From Oopsacas minuta (Eukaryota; Animalia; Porifera): a DNA stretch of 64,000 nt. Under the pieces are notes generated by a model. That model worked only from the letters and a program-made list of their open reading frames with translations. It was not told where the DNA came from and made no database searches. The translations under genes were made by a program, and so were the position numbers. Where the stretch lies: contig JAKMXF010000305.1 of assembly GCA_024704765.1 (NCBI GenBank), positions 408,778 to 472,777 on the forward strand. The letters are read 5' to 3'. Within the stretch, counting starts at the first letter, position 1, and each line of letters opens with the position of its first letter. This document shows positions 1 through 12,116 of the stretch, piece by piece.

Positions 1-379
1 ATTGCTCATAATATTGCACAAATGACAAATAATTCCATATGATTAATACTCTTATATTTTCATTTTTGTACTTGTTTTGAATCAATAATATTAGATTAAT
101 ATCCATCTATATAATTTACAAGTGCGTATCTGTGTATATAATGTAGGCATGATGAATTTGTTTGCTAGATATAGGATTATAGTTTAGCGGGTGTGTATAG
201 GAACTCAGTAACTTTCATCTTGGATCTCTAAAATATATAATATAATGTATCTCTCGCATTGAACGTTGGCACCCCCCTTTCAGTGGCACCGGGGCGGACC
301 GCCCCCCTTGGTACGCTACTGGTCTGGTGCCATTATTCTGACCTACAGAAGTGTCAGTCAGAACCGGTAACTCAGCGAA

Positions 380-986
380 AGGGAATTAAATGTAAACAAG
401 CAAATCTCCATCAAGTATGCTTAAAGCAAGTTGCAATCGTTTTCCGGATGCAAATATTGGTGACAACTTCATTTGATCTATACCCAAGCCGGATTTATTA
501 GCTTTCGGAAATAGGAACATGTTAGGAGTTGTTTAGGCAAAAGAAGATGAGCTCCACCCAATTGAGACGCAGCATGGAATATTAGATACGAAATATTCTA
601 GAAACCAGTTCGATATCTGCCCGTTCAAGCTCATAGAGAAAGAAGTAGTTTCTCAAAATAGCATTTCTCAAAGAACTGCTATGCGAAATGCTTCTCAAGG
701 TGTCGCTTACCTATGCAGGTGCAAAGATTGCGCAACAACTTGTTGTCCATGTCGAAAAGCATCTAAAGTTTGTCACTCAAGATGTCACAACGGAAAGAGT
801 ATGTTTCGACAATACAAAAAGACAAAGCACTTCCAGTATTTCTAGAATGTTTTATCTTAATGTATAAATACACATACTAACAAACCAATTGAGTAAATCT
901 AAAAATAATTTGCACTAGGACCAATCCAAATTGGTCCATTCGTGGATAGCCGATTGTGTTGGTTCATTCGCAGTTGGACTGCAACA
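380..986 (+). pseudogene. 3' fragment of a Ginger2/KRBA2-SCAND3-like integrase transposon (C-terminal SH3-like and Cys-rich region plus right end)
   Basis: Manual translation across stops gives ...ANIGDNF..IPKPD..GNRNMLGVV*AKEDELHPIETQHGILDTKYSRNQFDICP...YLCRCKDCATTCCPCRKASKVCHSRCH, which resembles the C-terminus of KRBA2/Ginger2 integrases. The segment ends in ...GCAACA at 986, matching the TGT...ACA termini of Ginger elements. No left end was found. Confidence 0.6.
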
Positions 987-1663
987 CATGTTTATATATG
1001 TTAGTATGTACAAAATTGATTGAAGAAACTGGAGGACCTTCGGGCTGAGTTGTGGAATAGAGAGGAATAAATTCGGCCTGGCTCAGACATTTCGAGTCAA
1101 GGACGAAAGTCACACTCATGACGAAATGATGACTTCATTGTCACCTTCAACTACTTTTCATTCAAGATGATAAAAGTTTGAAATTCGAATCACAGTTACA
1201 TCTCTATATGCCAAAATGCAACCACATGATAGGAATATTACGCCATCCTGGCTTCACAAAAATATCAAAATGTCCCGAATTGCGATATTTTGAGATTTTC
1301 TCAATATTCGAGCCAAGAAGTCCTCAGATTACTAACAAAAGCCAGGTAGCAACTCCAGTATTACCACAGAAGGCTAGTAAGGTGAATTTGGACGAACCAT
1401 AGATAATAACAAAAATACAATTTCGTAATTAATTAATCTCGAGCTCGAGGGACGCAGTGCAGAGTATATCCGGCCGCTAGCGACCAAAAGCCTCAATAAG
1501 TTAGCTGTGTAATACTTAAGCTAACCTGAGGCACTAAAATGTCGCGCTGTGACCTAGCAAGCGAAGCGCGGTATTCACATATTAAACTTAATAGATACAA
1601 TAATAAAGATTTACCACAATGTCTAAATCCCATTTGAACTAACTTATTAGTGATAATATAATC

Positions 1664-2727
1664 CAGTGATTCTCAACCTTTATATACTCAGCGCCCCCTT
1701 TAGAGCAAATTTAATATCCAGCACCCGCCTTAGAAATTAAGTGAGTTGTAGTATTCTAATTCAGACTATGATCACTGTGCTTGGTTGAATGATGTTCTTT
1801 CAATCGAGACGGCTTCATGAATTCAATGGGAAAACAAGTTGGCAAACCAGGCACATATGTAGTCGAAAAGTAGATTGGGAGGGAATAAAACCATAGAGCA
1901 AATAATCAACGGAGTATGTCGATATTTCCTCACACTAGAGGTAGCCATCTCAGTATAGTACAAGTAACGAATATGTTTCGTAGTGTTATGGATTAAATAT
2001 AGTTAGATCAATTTGGAAAATATAATACTGTATATTTTATAGTCTTCCTTCCATTTAGATACATACGACGGTGATGCGGGATAAGACCTAAAGTTGAAGT
2101 AGGAATAAGGCGTGGTATTGAAGTATGAATAATAACTAAAATAATTCTGAAGTAGGAATAAGACCTAAAACTAACATCCATGAAATAGATATATTTTACA
2201 CATTCCGTGGTACCTCATATCTTTTGAATTTATTGATGACTTTTCGTGGCATTAGCGTTGGATCTGGAGCCTGGAAGTTAGCCAGAAGTTTCCTTGACGT
2301 CCCTACTTGTTGCTGAGAGTCTTTATGTCTCACTAAGATTGTTATGGAATGGATTATTCTGGATTATCTAACTAGATTGGCCTTAGCGAGAATATGGGCA
2401 TTTGAGTACACTATTCTGGTAGCAGTTCAGAATTATTTTAGGTTGTATCCATACTTAGATCATTTTAGGTCTTATTTCGGCGACCCACATACACCGTATT
2501 GTTGTTTGTATGAAGCTACACCATAATTCTACACATGTAATTGTGATGAATCACTACTGTATGTATTTGAATATTATACCCAAAAAGTATATTAGATCTC
2601 TCAAATTTCAAGTCACGCAAGTGCATGGGTATTCTCTGATTTATAGTGACAAATAGAAAGTAATTCTTAGCAAAACATTTATAGAAATAATCTCTTAGCC
2701 CCCCATAGAGAACTTTGAGAACCCCTG
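1664..2727 (-). mobile_element. Internally deleted hAT (Buster/Charlie-type) element
   Basis: TIRs CAGTGATTCTCAA (1664) and reverse complement CAGGGGTTCTCAA (ends 2727). 8-bp TSD ATATAATC (1656-1663) / ATATGATC (2728-2735). A minus-strand BED-finger remnant MKPSRLKEHHSTKHSDH lies near 1770-1825. Confidence 0.8.
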
Positions 2728-2864
2728 ATATGATCTATCCTGACAACAATATAACATGATGTCAAAAACATCTATATGGGGAATTATAAACTTCATGCAA
2801 CTCAAAATTAAAGGAATATATATAGTAATATGTATTGCCAATCAGATTATGGCACTGTAAGATA

Positions 2865-3037
2865 TAATAGAAACCTCGCTAATCCGAACGAAACATTACT
2901 ACTATAGTACTACTACTACTACTATTACTATTATTATGTACTATGTACATATTAAAATTTCAAATACCGATTGAAAATTATTATTTTTAGGCAAAAATTC
3001 TTTATTTTCTACTGTTCGGATTAGCGAGGGTCCACTG
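2865..3037. mobile_element. Tigger/pogo-like MITE
   Basis: Inverted repeats CCTCGCTAATCCGAAC / GTTCGGATTAGCGAGG. The right end is ...CCACTG followed by TA; the left end is degenerate. Confidence 0.5.
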
Positions 3038-3391
3038 TATCGACCAATAAATACAAACTTCAGAATTTGGCCAGATACTCGTCACTAGGTAATAGATTAG
3101 GCGCGTGAACGAACGAAAGGTCATGGGCGCGATTACGCTACAGCTCACACGCAGAAATAGAAATTACTCTAGTGAATAAAGTATCAATTCGCCAAATGAT
3201 TCTGCAGTTTGATATAATTCTAAACTTCATTGAGCTGAATATTGTACTTTCGCTATCCAAATTTGGAGTTTTAATATACTGGTAAATATAGTAAACTCAG
3301 TTAGTATGTACTACCAGAAGAATCGAGTTTTTGGATTCCGTAAGAGTACATGATACTACTAATACTCGGGTTCTACTGAACAACAAATTAC

Positions 3392-3650
3392 CTTCATCAA
3401 TTAATAAACAATCCAAAATGTGAACAAAAGAAGAAGGAAAGATCCCAATAACTGATGGGTGATGATGTATATATCCACGATACCAACCTAGACATTCTTC
3501 CAATATCACAATTTCTTCACCAACAAGTATAGAAAGAAACATGGAAAAAATGGGAGATTCATCACATATAGGCACGAAGTTATATATAGCAACAGCAAAT
3601 TTGTGCTTTATCACAGTCCAAGTAAAATTTGATCCTAAAGAACCATCCAT
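3392..3650 (-). CDS. DOCK: First coding exon (N-terminal SH3 domain) of a DOCK1-5/CED-5-type Rac GEF; downstream exons not found in the window
   Basis: MDGSLGSNFTWTVIKHKFAVAIYNF...LVGEEIVILEECLGWYRGY...GIFPSSFVHI matches the DOCK-A/B SH3 pattern (A.YN....G..V.ILE...GWYRG...GIFP.S.VH). A GT donor (GAAG|GTAATT) lies at 3391-3390, and similarity stops there. Confidence 0.8.
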
Positions 3651-4296
3651 AGTACATCAAAACAAAGGCAAGGATATAATAATCGCTAGAACTAATGAAA
3701 TGAGGAAATATAGTAATATAGAAATAGCCATAGGCGCAACTAGGCCAATTTGGGTGGGCACGTGACAACCCAGATAAGACTCCACCCTAATACAAAAAGC
3801 ATAGGGTGACTGGCATGACATCCACTTTGCCAACCCAAATCCCAGAGCTAGGTTGGGATAATGGAAAACCCTAGTATAAGAACCAAATAGGTTGAATAAG
3901 TACACTGATGAAAGCGCGAAGCAGCAGTGTTGTATGGTTTGGCTTTACATGGGTGTATTCGTGATAACTGATTTCACTAAGTAACTGATAAATCAAAATC
4001 ACGGGATTTCAATATCTGAATACAGGGCCGTACCAAAGAGGGTACAAATACTCTAATGTACATCATTCTATTGATGACAATTCAAAAATCTGGTTGTTTT
4101 CTGAATAGAACTGGGTGAGACAAGCTCATAAAGCAAAAATCTGTAAAATAGTATAAAAAGTGACGAATGATCATAATTGTTTGCTGAAATTGTAATTTGA
4201 AATTGATTGATCATTTGAATCATCCCCCTACATCCTTAATTATTAAACGAGCGTAGAGGTTACTGGAGCCCAGTAGAAATGAGCACGATTCACGCG

Positions 4297-4439
4297 TGTG
4301 ACGACTAGCAACGTACTAGAACAACCATAACAGATTAACATTTAGTCTAGTATAGTAGATTACTCGCAGTCTTATTCAGTCATAGTTTGACTTATTTGTA
4401 TTTCTATTATAGCTAATATATTTCCAAGCTTGTATTACA
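4297..4439 (+). repeat. 5' LTR (143 bp)
   Basis: TGTGACGACTAG...TGTATTACA, a direct repeat of 11525-11667 with 4 substitutions counted by eye. Confidence 0.95.
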
Positions 4440-4440
4440 T

Positions 4441-4455
4441 AAATACAAATAGTCA
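4441..4455 (+). promoter_or_regulatory. Putative self-priming primer-binding site
   Basis: AAATACAAATA (4441-4451) is the exact reverse complement of LTR positions 4393-4403. There is no TGG-initiated tRNA primer site directly next to the LTR. Confidence 0.6.
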
Positions 4456-4466
4456 CGCTTTCCAGA

Positions 4467-5290
4467 ATGGCGGCACCTCTGAACATTTCGATCCCGCCGT
4501 TGAAACCTGATGAAAGAGTCGAGGATTGGCAATCTTTGTTTGTGGCAGCTACGAGCTCATTAGCAGCGTACGCTGGGGAGAAAGCAGCAATACTAATCCT
4601 CCCATCCTATGTCTGCAGGAATGAGTACGAAAGGGAAATTGCACTAATCGCTATTAAAGAAGAATCGATTGAGGCTGCGTTCAATATTTTATGCAATGCC
4701 TTGGACTCTCCTATTGACGAATATGAGGCTACCGCACGATTCCGCAGTAAGGTCTGGGCACGAGGCATGCGAATAGAAGTGTTCTTTAGCCAACTTTGGA
4801 AGGAAGCAAAACGAGCTGGATTTCTAAATAGGCAAGTTGCTGTAGTGTTAATAACGCAACTCCCTGGAAAGGCGCAGGCTGCCCTGAAGAAATGGGTTCA
4901 AGAACGTAAAGAGGATCCTGTATCAGATGGTCAAATGCGGGAGTTCATTGGGCTAGTTCAGCAGAACTTACGCCAGGCTGAAGTACCATTAGATTATCGG
5001 GCACGTGAGGGAACAAGCAATTCATGTAAGGTCATTAATCAAGGAAAAACTGACATATTATGCTCAAGTGATTCTGAATACGAAGAAAAGCCGCCCACGG
5101 TCTACAAGGTACGAACCTTTGGAACGAGTAGTCGACAAGGGCGTTTCCCCGACTCAAGAAGGGCTCCAAAAGGCTTGGTGTGCTACACTTGTGGAAAACA
5201 TGGCCACGGATATCGTATGTGCCCGGATCGAGTGTGCAGCGGATGCCATGCCAAGGCCACGACGTGGTAGATTGCAGACTAGCACGACGT
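4467..5290 (+). pseudogene. gag: Gypsy gag with two CCHC zinc knuckles (second one frameshifted)
   Basis: ORF 4467-5270 contains CYTCGKHGHGYRMC. A second knuckle CSGCHAK-GHDVVDC is split between frames by a 1-bp deletion near 5255. Confidence 0.85.
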
Positions 5291-6111
5291 GACAGCTACC
5301 AGGATAAAAGAACTAATGTGAGAGATTACATCAAATCAGTTGATCAAATCGGTCCATATGACGATAAATCGGCGTCTATTTCTGTCAGAGTGTACGGTCA
5401 GCCAATTCTCGCTTTGTTGGATACTGGAGCCAAAGTTAATGTGGTGGACAGGCAGACAGTGGAGTACCTAGGACTAGGGCAGTTCATCAAACCGGAGATA
5501 GGACACGTGTACGGTGTATGTGGAACCCCCGTATCAGTGGTAGGGAGCATTGAGATCCCTATAGAAGTGAATGGAGAGAAGGCCGGAAAGACGCACGTAC
5601 AGGTGTTGGATGGTGAGGAACAGGCACTACTGCTAGGCCGCCAGTTCCTCAGACGTTTCGGGCGGGTTGAATTTGATTAGAACAAAGGAACCATCACGCT
5701 AGGGAACGTAAAAGCGACAATAAAGGAGACTGCTGTAGGAGGAACTCCAATAGCAAGGGCTCGTACTGTACGGATAATCAATACCGAAGAAGTAGACAAG
5801 TCATTCAAGTGTACGAAGACAGATCTCACTACAAACCAACATGACAAGTTTGCTGACCTGTTGAAAGAATTTGAGGCAATATCTAACGACAAACCAGGTC
5901 GCACCTCAATGTGCGAACATGCGATAGATACGGGGAAGGCAGTCCCCACCAGATCCAAACCAAGACGTGTTCCTCCAAGGGAGGAAGAAATCAATTCACA
6001 GCTTGATGAGATGCTCGATCAGAAACTATACAACGCATCCCATTCCCCATGGGCAAGTAACGTAGTCTTAGTTACCAAGAAGGACGGTCGGCAAAGTTTT
6101 GCGATCGATTA

Positions 6112-8835
6112 CACTGCTCAACAAAAATTTTGTTGCATTTCTACCAACACTTGTTTTTACCTAATATTGGGGCGCTGAATCAGAATCCGACCTTAGTTTT
6201 TTTCCGCAAGCTCTAGATTTTTTGCAAATCGAGATTTTTAATTTTTTTGCACAAAATTCATATTTTTTTGAAAAAGTGACATGATTTGTCAAATGATGTT
6301 CTGCTTACAGTTGAATAACTAGCCTCAAAACAAAAATAGGTGCCAAAAAACTTTTATGTTGCCAATAGAAATTGTATTTGTAGACAGATGGGCAACAAAT
6401 GTTTTAAAAAATGTAAAAAACAACAGTTTTGCTGGTAATATGCATGTAAAAATTGATTTTTTTTTTGCAAAATAACGTAGAAAAGAACGATGGCAATCTA
6501 CAATAGTAACTTAAAGCGATCAATGACAAGATGCAAAAGATTCAAATATTCTACAAATCTGGACAAAATTTCCTCTCATAACTTCTGCGTTTGTACGCTT
6601 TGTGAGGACAGTCACGTTTAATGCCCCAACAATAGTCTGCCATCATATGTCGATCCCATCGACCTTGGTAACGTTCTTCCACTGTCATAAGATCCTGGTG
6701 GAAACGCTCTCCCTGTTCGTCACTGACAGCCCCAAGGTTTTCAGGGAATTTGTCCAGGTGGCTGTACAGAAAATGTACTTTTATGCTCATGTTGCATCCC
6801 AAATCGCGAAACCTTGAGAGCATCTTGGATACAAGCATTTCATAGTTTGGAGCTTTTCTGTTACCAAGAAAGTTCTGTATAACATCCACAAAAGATAGCC
6901 ATGCAGCTTTCTCCCTGACATTCATTTTCTGAATGAAGTTTTTGTCGCGAATAAGTGTACGTATCTGTGGTCCATCAAACACTCCTGCTTTGATTTTACC
7001 ATATGACAAAGCAGGGAAAGTATACACAAGATGAAGAAAGGCTTCATTGTCAGGATTTAGGGCTTTAACGAACTGTTTCATCAGACCTAGCTTGATGTGC
7101 AGGGGTGGAAAAACAATTTTGTCTCTGCTTACGATCGGGTCGTGTGTTACGTTAGGCATGCCAGCTTGAAATGTTTCACCTAAGGGCCACTCCTTCTGTA
7201 TCCAATGTTTTTCACGTGCTCTGCTGTCCCACATGCACAGATAACATGGAAATTTAGTGTATCCTTTTTGCTGACCTAGCAGAAAACTAACCATTTTGAG
7301 GTCAACACAAATGATCCAGTTGTGATCATGATATCCGAGTAAATCCATAACAATTCTAATGTCATCATGCTGTTCCTTCAAGACAGTGGAGTGACCAACT
7401 GGAACAGCTCCATAAACATTTCCATTGTGTAAAAGAACACACTTGAGGCTGCTCTTGGAACTGTCCAAAAACAATCATCATTCTCCTGGATCATATGAGG
7501 AGATACCCAGTTGTCCGAGAAGACCAGGAATATCGTTGCAATATACCAGCTTATTTTCCACTGAAAAATAGGGTAGAAGGAGTTCTTCTCTTTTTCGAAA
7601 AAAGGAAACCTTTACAGATTGATCCAGCACCTGTTTTTCTTTCAGCCTGGAGGCTAAGAGCTCAGCTGCTTGCTTGGGCAGATCTAAATCACGTACTAAG
7701 TCATTCAGTTCTGATTGATTAAACTGCTGGACAGTTACTCTGGTTTCACAAGAAGAATCTTCAGATTCTGATTCTGTGTCTGTTTTTTGATATTCCATTT
7801 CTACGATCTCTTCCCTTTCCAATTTAGTTTCTCCATCATCAGGAAAAGCAAAACCACTAAAGACCGGAGGAGGAAGTCTATCAGAGTGCGGGACAGGTCG
7901 CATAGCTGATGGTATACTAGGATAAGAAAGCGTTTGTCGGCTCTTCTTGCCAACACCTTTTGTATTGACCATGCAAAAGTAGCAGTCAGTGGTGTGGTCT
8001 TGGGGTTCACGCCACACCATTGGAATGGCAAAGGCAGACCCTTCCGCTTTCCTTTTGTCCAGTCTCGGAGCATTTCTTCGCAGTTATGGCACACAATATG
8101 AGGAGACCATTTCTTATCTTGATCACCAAGAGGGATACCAAAGTATGCTATGTAGGCACGCTTCACAAACGATGTTATATTTCGTCTTTGACGCGAAAGC
8201 GTATACACACCACAGATGTAACAGAATGAATCAGGGTTATTTTTGCATTTATGTCTACTAGAAGAAGCCATGATCAAATCTGAAGAGTTAAGAATCGAAA
8301 GAAAGTCTGTTGATATCTATGTAACTTAACACAAACAAACTGAATAACAAAACCTTGGTTCTAATTAAGGCTACCAGCAGACGAGCGGAAAAATACAGCT
8401 TAAATGCCTATTCTGCTGCATCTATCCACGATACTTCACTACAATCACTTAGGGTTGTTTGAATTAAATCATTTCAAAAAAATCAACATGATGATTTTTG
8501 ATTTATTTAAATTTTGACACTTCGCTAATAGTGTCATGTTTTCAGAGAACAATAGAGTGGTGCTTTTGTTTTCAATAGATTGAAGCCATTACTAAATCAT
8601 AGTAACAGCTACAATCTAAGAAAAATGGCTTGATAGATAAAAAGTATTTGGTGGAGATCAGATTTATGTACTAAATAAGTACCACAAACGAAAAAATTTA
8701 AATTGTCGATTGCATGAAAACTAGAGCATGCAGAAAGAAACTGATTGCAGATTTGAAATCAGCATCCCAAAATTATATAGAATCAATTGAAAAATCTCAT
8801 GCAACAAAAAATGAAAAAAAAATTGTTGAGCAGTG
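6112..8835 (-). mobile_element. Chapaev3-type (CMC) DNA transposon, copy 1, inserted in the Gypsy RT
   Basis: TIR CACTGCTCAACAA / TTGTTGAGCAGTG and 3-bp TSD TTA (6109-6111 / 8836-8838). Removing it restores the RT reading AIDYRELN. Confidence 0.9.
6551..8271 (-). pseudogene. Chapaev3 transposase, copy 1 (frameshift near 8020, TGA-TGA at 7475-7480)
   Basis: CKNNPDSFCYICG, WREP.DH..DCYFC, FLDSSKSSLKCVLLHNGN, ICVDLKMV, PPLHIKLGLMKQFVK, SDEQGERFHQD motifs. Confidence 0.9.
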
Positions 8836-11524
8836 TTATCGAGAATTAAATAATGCCACCAAGAAGGACGCATATGGTACACCACAAGTGCAGACTATTT
8901 TAGACAAGTTACTAGGTTATAGTTACTTTTCAGTGATTGATATCTCTGCCGCCTACTGGTGCGTCCCAGTTAGGGAAGAAGATAGAGAAAAAACTGCATT
9001 CAATACTCCTAGAGCCCTCTTCGAGATGTGCGTTATGCCTTTATGTTTGGTTAACTCCCAGGCTACATTCCAGCGGCTAATGGATAACACGCTCCAAGGC
9101 CTTAATCGTACGGAATCATACATCGACGATTGTATAATTTATTCACGTAGTTTTAAAGAACACCTGAAGGAACTACGCGCTGTATTCCAACGTCTGCAAA
9201 GTGCGAAGTTGCATGTCAAATTGCGCAAGTGTCAATTCTTTCGCGAGGAGGTTGAGTTTCTGGCCACGTCGTGTCTAGGGAAGGAAGAAGGCCCTTGGTC
9301 TCGGCTGCAAAAAACTCTCTATGTTTCCTAGACCCCAAAGCATAGCTGAACTGCAACGTTTCTTAGGAACGCTCAACTTTTCTAGGGTCATACATTCCTG
9401 GCTTGGCTCAGCTAGCGGCTCCTCTGTACTCCCTCACAAAGAAAAGAGCCAGATGGGTGTGGTCTGATAAATGCGAGGACGCTTTTGATTCCCTTCGTCA
9501 CAAATTAATCCGTGAACCTATTATGTTGAGCTTTCCGGATTGGAATAAGAATTTTATTATCGAAGCTGATGCAAGTTCGAGGGCGGTAGCAGCGGTACTA
9601 TCACAGAGAAACGAAGACACGGAACAACTACACCCTATTGATTTCTTCTCTTCATCTCTCAGCACAACGCAAAGAATTATTGCGCAGGGCAACTGGAAGC
9701 CTGGGCACTAGTCGCCGCTTGCAGGAAATGGCACACATACTTGAGGGCCACTGGGGCGGTCGAGCTAATTACTGATCACTGCCCATTGAAGTGGCTCCGT
9801 TGTCAAAAGGATCCCCGCCGGACCTTTGCTAGGTGGTTGCTTGAGCTGGAGGAGTACAGCTACCAGATTACCCATCGGAAGGGGAAAGACAACAATCTAC
9901 CCGACTACCTGAGTAGGGCAAGAACTACTTCGATTAGCCCCGAGGTCCAAGATGATTCCGGTTTCGAAGATAAGATATTCACGCTTTCAGATGACACGAC
10001 TGAGTTAGATTCAACCAAGTTAGATCTGACCAAGCTCCAAGGAGAAGATGCTACTATTAGCGACGCGGTTGAACAACTGAAGGAGACCGGGAATGTGTCT
10101 TCCGGCAGGCTGCAGGAGATATCCGGGAGTCTCGCCATACTAAATGGAATGTTGTTGTATCGAGAGCGTGCCGTAGTGCCTCTCGGTGCTAGAAGAACGG
10201 TACTGGGTTTGATTCACGGGGCAGGTCACTTTGGCCAGAAGCGAACGTTACAAATCCTGAGAAGGAGCTACTTCTGGTTCGGTATGGCCAAGGACGCTCG
10301 CGATTGGTGCCGAAGTTGTCTCGTATGTCAGAAGGCGAAGGCACCGAATCAGGCGAGAGTACCTATCCAAGAATTCAAGATGGACGGGATTGGACCCGGG
10401 GACCTTGTAGCTATGGACATCGGCACTCTCCCTTGGGCCGACCAGAAGTTCCGGTATTTTCTATGTATCGTCGACATATTTACACGTTATATGGAGCTCA
10501 TCTCTTTGCAAGACCAGTCCGCAGCGTCCTTAGTGCGTGAGTTCCAGTGTGGTTGGATTTTTCGAGGGCACGGTGTACCTAAAGGTCTGTTAACAGACCA
10601 AGCACATAATATTGATGGTGTAGAGATAAGGGCGTTGTGCGAAAGATTGGGGAGTGAGAAGCGGTACTCCTCACCCTACCATCCTCAAGGAGATGGCTTG
10701 GTAGAGAGGAGTATCGGGCTAGCCAAGCAGGTGGCGAGATGTCTAACTCTAGATCGTAAACTCCCCAAGGAGTCATGGCCTGAGATCCTACCTGAGGTCT
10801 CGTTTTATTGTAACAAAGGTGAGGATTCGTCAACAAAGTTCTCTCCCCAGCGACTTATGACGGGTAGACAGCCAACATCGCCTATAGACGCCATGATTTC
10901 CAGAAAGGATTTGAATCAGACGCTTAGTCATACCGTACACATCGAGGAACTAGAAGGGATTTCAGCAGAATTGGAGAAACTAGCCCGTGAAAATGACCTT
11001 CAAGTAAAACGGCTGAGAAACGACTACCCCAACAAAGGAGCGGTGACACCTTTGTCTCGAAAAGGGAGACCTAATACTCGAGAGGAATGAAACGCGAAAA
11101 GATTCATTGGACCCCAAATTCATTGGCCCTTACACAGTACTCGACTCAAAAGGAACCAATGTTAAGGTTCGAAAAGGGAACAGACATAGGTGGATACACG
11201 CGGGCCGCTGCAAACTATTCGAAGACAGCCACTCCATCCCCCTCACCAGTGGTCCCTCTGAGCCAGGAGAAGTAGTCCGGCCCCCCTTGGGGGAGGTAGA
11301 CGCACCAACCATCGGTACTTATAATGAGCAGCAACAGGAAGAGGCAGTAGGAGTTAATGTGGATCCAGGAACAGAAACCCAGGATCTGAGCGGTGAAGGA
11401 GAAGAGGTTGGTCCTGCAAGACGTTACCCATTACGATCCCGCAAACAAAAAGAGTACCCAGGTTTTGTACTTAGTACTGAAATCTTACCTAGCCAGGCCC
11501 TTATATCTATTTAAGTGGGAGTGA

Positions 11525-11667
11525 TGTGACGACTAGCAACGTACTAGAACAACCATAACAGATTAACATTTAGTCTAGTATAGTAGATTACTCGCAGTCT
11601 TATTCAGTCTAAGTTTGACTTATTTGTATTTCTACTATAGCTAATATATTTCCAAGCTTGTATCACA
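11525..11667 (+). repeat. 3' LTR (143 bp)
   Basis: TGTGACGAC...TGTATCACA, preceded by the polypurine tract AAGTGGGAGTGA and followed by TSD CGCG. Confidence 0.95.
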
Positions 11668-12116
11668 CGCGGGAAGCGCTGTCTCAAGTCTTCAAACCTA
11701 TTGGAGACTAATACAATTTTTTCCGCGGAGAATTTGTCTTATTTAGGAGATTATTCCTAACTTCTTCACTTTTTATCCTATATTAGAGCGCTTTTGCTGT
11801 ATGGGATTTTCTCAGCCAGTTCTATTCAGAAACACCGCAAGATAGTTGAATTGCATCATCAATAAAAAGAGGTACAGTAACGTAATTATAACCAAATTCC
11901 AGGATATAGGATGATATGCAAAGAGCAATCTTTGAAGACTCGAGGAGGTTACTATTTATTGTATTGACAATCTAGCTGTTCTAAGACTTTTAGAGCTTGA
12001 ATACGGAGATTTTAAGTTAATGTGCTTTGAAGTTCGAGCTGCATACGGCTCTCCTATTTAGTTCACAGACCCAGCTCTGTTGTTCTAATGGAAATAGCCA
12101 CAGTATACTTAGACCC

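Larger units (their letters stand above)
5290..11514 (+). pseudogene. pol: Gypsy pol (protease, RT, RNase H, integrase), disrupted by stops, frameshifts and a Chapaev3 insertion
   Basis: Protease LLDTGA; RT SPWASNVVLV..KKDG, AIDY|RELN across the insertion, YIDD; RNase H IIEADASS, TDHCPL; integrase H-H-C-C, VAMDI, LLTDQ, GDGLVER, GPY. Confidence 0.9.
4297..11667 (+). mobile_element. Full-length but defective Gypsy/Metaviridae LTR retrotransposon
   Basis: Two 143-bp LTRs with TG...CA ends, a 4-bp TSD CGCG (4293-4296 / 11668-11671), a polypurine tract at 11513-11524, and domain order gag-PR-RT-RH-IN. Confidence 0.95.
4056..11877. mobile_element. Short Tc1/mariner-type non-autonomous element (about 450 bp when empty) that is the insertion target of the Gypsy element
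   Basis: Imperfect inverted repeats flank the Gypsy: ATGTACATCATTCTATTGATGAC...TTCTGAATAGAACTGGGTGAGA (4056-4130) and TCTCAGCCAGTTCTATTCAGAAA...CATCAATAAAAAGAGGTACAG (11810-11877). Both ends are bounded by TA. Confidence 0.5.

Noticed and set aside
7475-7480. Alternative genetic code (TGA = Trp) or selenocysteine
   Set aside because: Other Trp positions in these ORFs read normally, and TGA terminates AP2M1; ordinary nonsense mutation is sufficient.
11107-11514. env-like third ORF in the Gypsy element
   Set aside because: It is the frameshifted integrase C-terminus (GPY motif plus acidic tail), with no signal peptide or transmembrane segment.
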